64,000 bases of DNA from contig CAYZYE010000002.1 in assembly GCA_964481205.1 (NCBI GenBank), forward strand, positions 3,532-67,531. The letters are read 5' to 3'. Positions 1 through 7,585 of the stretch are shown piece by piece. A program made the translations under genes and the position numbers. The notes beneath the pieces were generated by a model that was given only the letters and a program-made list of their open reading frames with translations, was not told where the DNA came from and did not search any database. How positions within the stretch are numbered: position 1 is the first letter of the stretch; each line of letters opens with the position of its first letter. This DNA is from an uncultured Anaerolineae bacterium. GTDB taxonomy: Bacteria; Chloroflexota; Anaerolineae; JAFGEY01.

Positions 1-250
1 CTTTATGCACCTGCTCGATGCAACACAACACATGGCCGCCGGCGTGGACACATTGGGCGCAGCCCCGGACACCTGGCGCGCCGGCGACACGATCGTCCAG
101 CTGCACACCTTTTGGTACCCCGCCGAGGCCGGCGTCTATGCCGTCGAGTTGGGTTGGTACGCGCCGCCGGACGGCCCCCGGCTACCGGTAGACAACGCCG
201 GCGCGCCCGGCCAACGCATCCTCCTCGATCCGCTCAAGGTGTCGCCATGA
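1..250 (+). CDS. 3' fragment of a GT39-like membrane glycosyltransferase paralog; the gene starts upstream of the window, only the C-terminal domain is present
   Basis: The translated C-terminus (ELGWYAPPDGPRLPV...RILLDPLKV) matches the C-terminal domain of the 247..2541 and 7582..10080 proteins. The stop TGA at 248-250 overlaps the next start (ATGA). Confidence 0.5.
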   Translation, partial: FMHLLDATQHMAAGVDTLGAAPDTWRAGDTIVQLHTFWYPAEAGVYAVELGWYAPPDGPRLPVDNAGAPGQRILLDPLKVSP

Positions 251-2541
251 ACCGTGTTCTCTGCCGCCGCCCCGACCACATCGCCTCGATTTTGCTCCTC
301 CTCCTGTTCGGCTTGCTGATTTTCAGCATCGCCCTCAAGTCGCCGACTCTGGACGAGCAAAACCACATCGCCCGTGGGCTGGCCTGGCTAAAAACCGGCG
401 ATCTGCGCCTCAGCCAGGAGCACCCGCCGGGCGTCAACGCCTGGGAAGCGTGGCCGCTGCTGCTTGACCCAAACGTCAACCTGCCGTTAGACAACCCCAG
501 TTGGGCCAACGCCGAGTGGTATGGTTTTGCCGACCAACTGTTGTGGCGCGTCAACGACGGCGCGACGCGGGCGCGCATGCTCATGGCCGCGCGCGCGCCG
601 GTGATGTGGCTGACCTTGCTCCTCGCGGCGGTGGTCTATCGCTGGGCCAAAATGTTGAGCAACGGTTGGGGCGGCCTGTTGGCAATGAGCATGCTCATTT
701 TCGACCCCAACATCCTGGCCCACGGCCGCCTGACGACAACCGACATGGGCGTCACCTGCCTCGCCGTCGTCTCGATCTTTGCCCTGTGGCGGGCGCAGAA
801 CGTGGATCGCTGGCCGCGCTGGCTGTTTGCCGGCGCCACCCTGGGACTGGCGATGGGAACCAAGTTCTCGGCGCTGCTGCTGGCGCCGGTCATCGCCCTG
901 CTCGTCATTGCGGCCCGGACCAGCGCCAGGCCGCACCTGAGCATGCGGGAAAAAATGGGGCGACTCGCGATTTTGTTTGCAACAAGCCTGCTCGTCCTTT
1001 GGGCCGTGTACGGTTTCGAGTGGGGGACGAGCGACCTCTTGGGCAACTGGCCGCTGCCCGCGCCATCTTTTATCGACGGCCTCCACTCGATCCTCGAACG
1101 AACCGGCGGCGGCTCGACGGCCTTTTTGATCGGGCGCTATTCGGAGCGCGGCTGGTGGACTTTTTTTCCCATCGCGTTTGCGATCAAGACCCCGCTGCCG
1201 ACGCTGGCGTTGCTCGGCGCGGCGATCATCCTGGCGCTCAAATCGAAAACCTCGCCCGCCCCATACTCGCACCTCATCGTTCCGGCCCTGGCCTTTGGGG
1301 CGATGGCGATCGCCAGCGGGTTCAACATTGGCTACCGGCATATTTTACCCGTGCTGCCATTTTCGTACATTGCGGCCGGAGCACAGATCGCCAATCACAA
1401 GTCCATTCGCCGTTCACCGTTCGCCGTTCGCGGCCTGCTGCTGGCCGTCTGCTGCTTGCTGTTTGCCACTATCAACATCTTGCCCAACTATTTGGCCTTT
1501 TTCAACCTCGTCGCCGGCGGGCCGGGCAACGGCTATCGCTACCTGGTCGACTCGAACCTGGATTGGGGGCAAGACTTGCCCGCCCTGGCTCGATGGGTGA
1601 AACAACACAACGTTCAACGAATCAATTTGAGCTGGTTTGGCGCGGCGCATCCCGAAATGTACGATTTCGATTTCAACCCGCTGCCCGGATTTTGGCGTTT
1701 TGGCGGCGACCCGGCCGCGTATGGATTCAACCCCTATCGCCCGGCCCCCGGCATATACGCGATCAGCGCCAGCAACCTGCAAGGGATCAAACTCGCCGAC
1801 CGCGACACATTTGCCTGGTTTCGGGCGCAAGCGCCGCTTGACCACATTGGACATTCGATCTTGATCTATGAGGTCAAACCGGCCCCCCCGCCGCGTCAGG
1901 CGCTCGTGCTCCAAACGCCGATGACGCAGCTGTCCCAACCCGAACGCGCCCTGCTGCGCGAGGGCGCGTCCGTTCGACAATTCGACCCGGCAAGCGGGGC
2001 GATCTGGCCCGCCGTCGAGCGCGTCTGGTTTGTCACGCGCGAACCGTTGGCCTGGGGCAAAGCGGCGCGAAGAAAAGCGGGCTATGTCGTGACCGCCGGC
2101 GCTTGGAGCGAGGCCGAACCACGCTTCCGCCAGGCGCGTCCGTGCGACGCCGACACGCGCTTTGGGCGGCTGATCGCCTTGCGCCGCTACCAGGTGCCCA
2201 ACATGTCGCTCGCACGAGACGAAACGCTCACCGTGACCGCCTGGTGGACAGTCATCGACCGCCCGCGCCGCCCGGCCACGTCATTTGCACATCTGCTCGA
2301 CGCGCAGGGACGCTATGTCGCCGGGTGGGACGGCCTGACCGCGCCGGCGACGTGCTGGCAACCGGGCGATCTCGTCGAACAAATCTATGCCATCCCCCTC
2401 CCCGATGATTTGGCTCCGGCCAAGTATCAACTCGAAATCGGATGGTACGACGCCGAAAGCGTGCAACGCTGGCCGCTCACCGTCGGCGGCGCGCCCGGCG
2501 GCGACCGGCTGCTCATCGCCGACGTCGAGATCGGCCCGTAA
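247..2541 (+). CDS. Glycosyltransferase family 39 (PMT/ArnT-like, GT-C fold) polytopic membrane protein with a C-terminal extracytoplasmic domain
   Basis: Long ORF with many hydrophobic segments. A PMT-like DE motif (SPTLDEQNHIARG) lies in the first loop. It is a paralog of 7582..10080 (shared YRYLVDSNLDWGQDL block). The ATG at 247 overlaps the upstream stop. Confidence 0.75.
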   Translation: MNRVLCRRPDHIASILLLLLFGLLIFSIALKSPTLDEQNHIARGLAWLKTGDLRLSQEHPPGVNAWEAWPLLLDPNVNLPLDNPSWANAEWYGFADQLLWRVNDGATRARMLMAARAPVMWLTLLLAAVVYRWAKMLSNGWGGLLAMSMLIFDPNILAHGRLTTTDMGVTCLAVVSIFALWRAQNVDRWPRWLFAGATLGLAMGTKFSALLLAPVIALLVIAARTSARPHLSMREKMGRLAILFATSLLVLWAVYGFEWGTSDLLGNWPLPAPSFIDGLHSILERTGGGSTAFLIGRYSERGWWTFFPIAFAIKTPLPTLALLGAAIILALKSKTSPAPYSHLIVPALAFGAMAIASGFNIGYRHILPVLPFSYIAAGAQIANHKSIRRSPFAVRGLLLAVCCLLFATINILPNYLAFFNLVAGGPGNGYRYLVDSNLDWGQDLPALARWVKQHNVQRINLSWFGAAHPEMYDFDFNPLPGFWRFGGDPAAYGFNPYRPAPGIYAISASNLQGIKLADRDTFAWFRAQAPLDHIGHSILIYEVKPAPPPRQALVLQTPMTQLSQPERALLREGASVRQFDPASGAIWPAVERVWFVTREPLAWGKAARRKAGYVVTAGAWSEAEPRFRQARPCDADTRFGRLIALRRYQVPNMSLARDETLTVTAWWTVIDRPRRPATSFAHLLDAQGRYVAGWDGLTAPATCWQPGDLVEQIYAIPLPDDLAPAKYQLEIGWYDAESVQRWPLTVGGAPGGDRLLIADVEIGP

Positions 2542-2562
2542 TCCCCGCCTCTGCATTTTGCC

Positions 2563-2691
2563 TAGGGCTGTTCAATTCTAATTCGTGACTAAAGTCACCG
2601 CTGGTGAGGACTCGTCGCCGTAGGGGGACGACCAGCCAACGGCTCACCCAACGCGGTTTCAACCGCTGGATTGTAGAATTGAACAGCCCTG
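2563..2691. mobile_element. MITE-like repeat, family 1, copy 1 (short form). Terminal inverted repeats are CAGGGCTGTTCAATTCTAA ... TTGTAGAATTGAACAGCCCTG
   Basis: Near-identical copies occur at 29438..29600 and 49029..49201. It is flanked by the direct repeat GCATTTTGCC, a TSD-like duplication. Confidence 0.7.
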
Positions 2692-2697
2692 GCATTT

Positions 2698-2726
2698 TGC
2701 CAAAGCGCACCCAGGCGAGTATACTT
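2698..2726 (+). promoter_or_regulatory. Sigma70-like promoter candidate (TTGCCA-17-TATACT) for the 2770..10080 glycosyltransferase operon
   Basis: Hexamers read directly. An AAGAGG RBS precedes the ATG at 2770. Confidence 0.3.
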
Positions 2727-2769
2727 GTGTCCTACAACAGTCCCGCTTTCCTGAGATCAAGAGGCACCG

Positions 2770-5004
2770 ATGTTTACCGTAATATACCTTACCATATTGC
2801 TCTGCATCGACCTGGCGATCGCCTTGTTGCCGGCCGGCGATTGGCGCGCCGCGCTCGCCTTTGTGTTGCTGTGGGTCATGCCCGGCTATGCCTGGGGCCG
2901 GGCGCTCAAAAATCGCTGGCTGATCGGAATGGGCATTGGCGTTGGCGGCAACGTGCTGTTGATGTTGTTGCTCCATTACTGGCCCGGCCCGATCTCGTTT
3001 GGGCCGGCGCTGATCCTGTTTTCGCTATCCGCCTCGCTCCCGTTGTCGATGCGCCGCGTCGCGCCCAAAACGCCCCGAATCTCGCCTTACCTCATTGCCG
3101 TGCTACTCATCGGCGCATTGTTCCGGCTGCCCAACCTCGGCTACAGCGAATTTCAGGGCGACGAGGGAATCATTATGGTTCGCGCTGCCGCCGCGCTCAC
3201 CGGCGACGACGCCGAATTGTTTTTGCACCAAAAAGGGCCCGTCGAAATCTTGCTGCCGATGGCCGCCTGGACGCTCGGCGGCGCGCTCGACGAGTTTTGG
3301 GCGCGGTTGCCCTTTGCCTGGGCCGGTCTGCTGGGGCTGGCAACGATATTCGAGTTGGGACGGCGCTGGTTTGGCCCGGCCGGCGGGCTGGTCGCCGGGC
3401 TGCTGCTGGCGATCAATGGGTTTCACGTCGCCTTTGGCCGCATCGTCCAGTACCAGGATGTCGTGGTCTGGATGGGCTTGTTATCGCTCCTCGTCCTCGA
3501 CGAGTACCGCGTGCAGCGGCGACGGTGGGCGCTGCTGCTGGGCGCCGCTTTCCTGGCCGCCGGCGCGCTGGCCCATTACGACGCCATCCTCTTTGCCCCG
3601 GCCGCGGCCATGCTCGCCCTGCGCTGGACGCCGGGGCAACGATGGCGGTGGGTCGAGATCAAAGCGGGGCATTACCTCTATCCCTTACTCGTTGGTCTGA
3701 CAATCTTGGCAGTGTTCTATGTGCCATTCGTGCTCGATCCCAACTTTGGCAAGACCGCCAGCAACCTCGCCGGGGGGCGTGTGCGCGGCGGCCTGCATTT
3801 CAACGCCGGGCAAGCCTGGACAATGAGCACCGTCTACAATTCGAGCTATTACGTGATCGTGCTGCTGGCGCTGGCTCTGGCCTCACTGTGGGCGTGCAAA
3901 TCGCTGCCCCAGACGTGGTACGCCTGGGCGCTTTTTGCCGCGCCGTTCTTTTTCTACCTGATCATTGTTTTCGACCCGCGCACGCATCTCTACACCTGGT
4001 ACCCCGGCGCGGCGCTGCTCGCCGGCGCGGCCGCCGCCGGCCTGTGGAAACGCCTTCGCGGCGCAACCTGGCGCCGGGGTGTAATGACCGTGAGCGCGTT
4101 GATTTACATTCTCTTTGCCGGTTATACCTGGATAATGTTTATCGATCACCAGCCCGAATACCAGCGCACCTGGCCCGAAAACAAACGCCGCCTGTACTGG
4201 ACGACATATACCGCCATGCCGGTCTATGGACGTTTTGGCTTTCCGCACCGCGCCGGCTGGCACGCGATCGCCGCGCTGATCGCCGAGGGCGTGATCGAGG
4301 GGCGATATGCCAGCAACGAAGAACAGGAAATCACCGACTTTTACACCAGGCAAACCCCGCGCACGCACTGCGCCAAACCCAATGTGTACATTGTTGCCGA
4401 GCGGGTACAAGATCGAATCCGCATCGACTGGGACGAGCTGGAACGCGATTACACCCTGGCCGGCGTGGTCACGGCCTTTGGCGAGCCGCGCATCCGCTGG
4501 TACACGCCCGGCGACGTCGCCGAGGTGCTGCGCGTCGACCAGGCCGATTATCGCCAGTGGTGGACGCCGGAACAGGTCGCGCCGCCGGCCGCGCGCGGCC
4601 AACATCGCGTGCATTACGTGCTCGACGACCAGATCGAGTTACTCGGCTACGACCTGCGCGCCGGTCAGGCCAGGCCGGGCGGCTGGTTCGAGGTGACGCT
4701 GTATTGGCGCGCGTTGACGCCGCTGACGCGCAACAGCCAGGTTTTTGTCCACCTCTACGACGGGCAAACGCTGTGGGCGCAGCACGACGGCGCGCCAGAA
4801 TGCGCCGTCATGCCGACCACGCGCTGGGAGCCGGGGCAGGTGATCCCCGACCCGCACCTGGTTATGATCCGGCCCGACACGCCGGCCGGATCGATGTCGG
4901 TGCTGGTGGGAATGTACGACCTGCTGACCCTGGAACGACTGCCCACACCGGGCATGGTCAATAACCTCATTCCTCTGACCGAGATCGAGATTCAAGATGA
5001 GTGA
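2770..5004 (+). CDS. GT39/ArnT-like membrane glycosyltransferase (GT-C) with a C-terminal domain
   Basis: About 12 hydrophobic helices. An ArnT/PMT-type motif (YSEFQGDEGIIMVRAAAALTGDD) is present. The C-terminal ~110 aa are shared with the other paralogs. Confidence 0.7.
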   Translation: MFTVIYLTILLCIDLAIALLPAGDWRAALAFVLLWVMPGYAWGRALKNRWLIGMGIGVGGNVLLMLLLHYWPGPISFGPALILFSLSASLPLSMRRVAPKTPRISPYLIAVLLIGALFRLPNLGYSEFQGDEGIIMVRAAAALTGDDAELFLHQKGPVEILLPMAAWTLGGALDEFWARLPFAWAGLLGLATIFELGRRWFGPAGGLVAGLLLAINGFHVAFGRIVQYQDVVVWMGLLSLLVLDEYRVQRRRWALLLGAAFLAAGALAHYDAILFAPAAAMLALRWTPGQRWRWVEIKAGHYLYPLLVGLTILAVFYVPFVLDPNFGKTASNLAGGRVRGGLHFNAGQAWTMSTVYNSSYYVIVLLALALASLWACKSLPQTWYAWALFAAPFFFYLIIVFDPRTHLYTWYPGAALLAGAAAAGLWKRLRGATWRRGVMTVSALIYILFAGYTWIMFIDHQPEYQRTWPENKRRLYWTTYTAMPVYGRFGFPHRAGWHAIAALIAEGVIEGRYASNEEQEITDFYTRQTPRTHCAKPNVYIVAERVQDRIRIDWDELERDYTLAGVVTAFGEPRIRWYTPGDVAEVLRVDQADYRQWWTPEQVAPPAARGQHRVHYVLDDQIELLGYDLRAGQARPGGWFEVTLYWRALTPLTRNSQVFVHLYDGQTLWAQHDGAPECAVMPTTRWEPGQVIPDPHLVMIRPDTPAGSMSVLVGMYDLLTLERLPTPGMVNNLIPLTEIEIQDE

Positions 5005-7585
5005 GCCAGACGCGCGCAAGCACATCGAACGGGGTAACAACCCGCCGGGTCGCGCTGCGAACGCATTTTACAATAAATCTCGTATATTCATCAACACACA
5101 CTGGCCCGACCTGGCGGTCTTGATCGTGTACATTGTCCTCAGCCTGGCCATGTGCTGGCCGCTGCCCGCGCAGTTTGGCGCGCGTCTGGCGGGCGCGCAC
5201 TCGGACGCGCGCGTGTTTCAATGGAACAACTGGTGGATCAAGCAGGCCGTGTTGGCGCTAAAAAACCCAATGCGCACCGGCGCCATCTATTACCCCTCCG
5301 GCGCCTCGCTGTCGAGCCACAACACCAATTGGGTCAGTTCGCTGATCGCTTTGCCCCTCGATCTGCTTTTTGGCCCGGTGGCAGCCTACAACCTCACCTT
5401 TTTGCTCACCCTGTTCCTCGCCGCTTTTGCAATGTACCTGCTGGTGCGACACCTGACCCGGCAGCGCGGCGCGGCGCTGGTGGCCGGGCTGATTTTTGCC
5501 TTTTTCCCCTACCACCTCTCCGGCAACTGGGACGGGCAAATGAACCTCGCCAACATCCAATGGCTGCCCTTGTTCGCGCTCTTTTGCCTGCGCACGGTGC
5601 GCCGGCGCAGATGGCGCGACGCAGTGTGGGCCGGCATCTTTTTGGCCCTGTCCGGCCTCGACTGCCTGTTCTTCCCAATCTTTGCGGGCATGTGGGCGCT
5701 GATCTATGCGCTCTATGTGTTGTCGTTCGAGCGGCGCGCGCTCGACCGGCGGCTGTTCAAATTGGGCGGCGCCGGCGCGCTGGTCGCCCTGACGCTGCTC
5801 GCGCCGGTCATGATCCCGGCGCTGGCTGACGCCCGGCGCGGTTCGACCGAATCGGCGCTCAACTATTACGCCACGGAAAAATCGACCGACCTGCTGGCCT
5901 TTGTGCTGCCCAGCACACAGCACCCATTGCTGGGACGGCTCGTAGCCCCGATCTATGCCGGATTCCAGCACTGGCGTCCGGCGTTTCTGGGCGTAACGCC
6001 GCTGCTGCTGGCATTGTGGGGCCTGCTGCGCGGGCGCAAAAAAGCCGTCTTGTGGGGCGCGGCGCTGCTGTGGTTTGCGCTGCTGTCCCTGGGTACCACC
6101 TTGACCATTCAGGGCGTCGAATACACAAAAGTACCGATGCTTTACGATATTTTAACCAAATGGATTCCGGCGCTCAAGATCATCCGGCAGGCCAGCCGGT
6201 TCAACATCATGGTCATGTTTTCGCTGTCCGTCCTGGCAGGGCTGGGCTGCGCCGATCTGTGTGCGCGACGACACGGCGTCATCGCCGGCGCACTTGGGGC
6301 GATCATTTTGTTCGAGTACCTGGCCTGGCCCTGCCCCACCCTGCCCGCCGAGGTCTCGCCATTTTACACCCAACTGGCGCAAGAGACGGGCGATTTTGCG
6401 ATCCTCGAACTGCCGCTCGACGACTTTTACTCTCGCCGTTCGCTCTATGCGCAGACGATCCACGGCGCCAAATTGGTCAACGGCTACCTGGCCCGCGTCC
6501 CCGCCCACGCGCACGATTTTGTCCAGGGCAACGCGCTGCTGAAAAAGCTGTTCATCCGCATGGAGGTCGATCCCCGCCTGATCGACCTCGAACGCGAGAT
6601 CGGCCTGCTGCGCGCCAACGGCATCCGCTATGTCGTCATCCAAAAGCAGCCGCTCCCACCGCACCCGGCGGTCGAGGCCGGCGTGCAGGCCGGGTGGCGC
6701 GAGTTGTTCGGCCCGGACGTGTTTTACGAGGACGCGGACATTGCCGTCTACCGGCTGACTGCGCCCCGGCTGCCGCCCGCCGAGGCCGGCAAGCCGGTCA
6801 ACGACGACCTCGCGCTGGTCGAGGTGCAAACGCGCCGCGTCGAGGCGGCCGGGCGGCAGTGGCTGCGCGTCGATGTTTTGTGGAGCGCGCGGCAAAAAAT
6901 GACCCGCGATTACCGTTGCCAATTGTCTATCTTTGATGGTCAAGGAATTGAAACGACGTTCGACGATCTGATCTCGCCGCGTTTCCCCACCTCACGCTGG
7001 ACGCCGGGGCTGCTCGTCGCCGAACGCTATGCGTTGCCGATCCCGGCCGCGCTGCCGCCGGGCGAATACCGGCTGGCGATGACGCTTTCGGATGGCCGGC
7101 AAGAGACGGCATATACGACGTCGATCGTCGCGCCGCCAGAGGCGACATCGCTCAGTCCGGCGCTCGACGAGATGCAGGCCAGCGCCGACGTCACCTTTGC
7201 CGGCCGGCTGTGGCTGATCGGCTATACGGCGGCGCAGGACGGCGGGCAGCTCAAACTCGATCTGTACTGGCAGGCGCTGCGGGCCATGGCGGTCGATTAC
7301 AAAATGTTTGCGCACCTGATCGACCCCAACGACGATGCGATTGTCGCGCAGAGCGATTGGATGCCGCGCGACTGGTCTTATCCCACCTCATTGTGGGACC
7401 GCCGGGAAATGTTCATCGACCGGGTTGTGTTGGATGTCGGCGGCGTTGCCCCGGGCCAATACCGGCTGGCCCTGGGCGTGTACCGGCCGGGCGGTGATCG
7501 CCTGACGGCGGTGGACGGCGCGGGGCGCGAGATCGCGGACCATCGCGCGCTCATGGCGCAAATGGTCGAGGTGCGAGCGCCATGA
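4997..7585 (+). CDS. Polytopic membrane protein, putative GT-C glycosyltransferase, carrying two tandem copies of the family C-terminal domain
   Basis: The ATG at 4997 overlaps the upstream stop (ATGA). Hydrophobic N-terminal half. Two repeats of the W-rich ~100 aa domain at the C-terminus. Confidence 0.6.
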   Translation: MSEPDARKHIERGNNPPGRAANAFYNKSRIFINTHWPDLAVLIVYIVLSLAMCWPLPAQFGARLAGAHSDARVFQWNNWWIKQAVLALKNPMRTGAIYYPSGASLSSHNTNWVSSLIALPLDLLFGPVAAYNLTFLLTLFLAAFAMYLLVRHLTRQRGAALVAGLIFAFFPYHLSGNWDGQMNLANIQWLPLFALFCLRTVRRRRWRDAVWAGIFLALSGLDCLFFPIFAGMWALIYALYVLSFERRALDRRLFKLGGAGALVALTLLAPVMIPALADARRGSTESALNYYATEKSTDLLAFVLPSTQHPLLGRLVAPIYAGFQHWRPAFLGVTPLLLALWGLLRGRKKAVLWGAALLWFALLSLGTTLTIQGVEYTKVPMLYDILTKWIPALKIIRQASRFNIMVMFSLSVLAGLGCADLCARRHGVIAGALGAIILFEYLAWPCPTLPAEVSPFYTQLAQETGDFAILELPLDDFYSRRSLYAQTIHGAKLVNGYLARVPAHAHDFVQGNALLKKLFIRMEVDPRLIDLEREIGLLRANGIRYVVIQKQPLPPHPAVEAGVQAGWRELFGPDVFYEDADIAVYRLTAPRLPPAEAGKPVNDDLALVEVQTRRVEAAGRQWLRVDVLWSARQKMTRDYRCQLSIFDGQGIETTFDDLISPRFPTSRWTPGLLVAERYALPIPAALPPGEYRLAMTLSDGRQETAYTTSIVAPPEATSLSPALDEMQASADVTFAGRLWLIGYTAAQDGGQLKLDLYWQALRAMAVDYKMFAHLIDPNDDAIVAQSDWMPRDWSYPTSLWDRREMFIDRVVLDVGGVAPGQYRLALGVYRPGGDRLTAVDGAGREIADHRALMAQMVEVRAP

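Noticed and set aside
487-1341. Long minus-strand ORFs (for example 487..1341, 3883..4614, 5258..5971, 6152..6943, 8977..9504) antisense to the glycosyltransferase genes
   Set aside because: They are Arg/Gly/Pro-rich, low-complexity translations typical of the opposite strand of high-GC coding DNA. None has an RBS or a homology signal.
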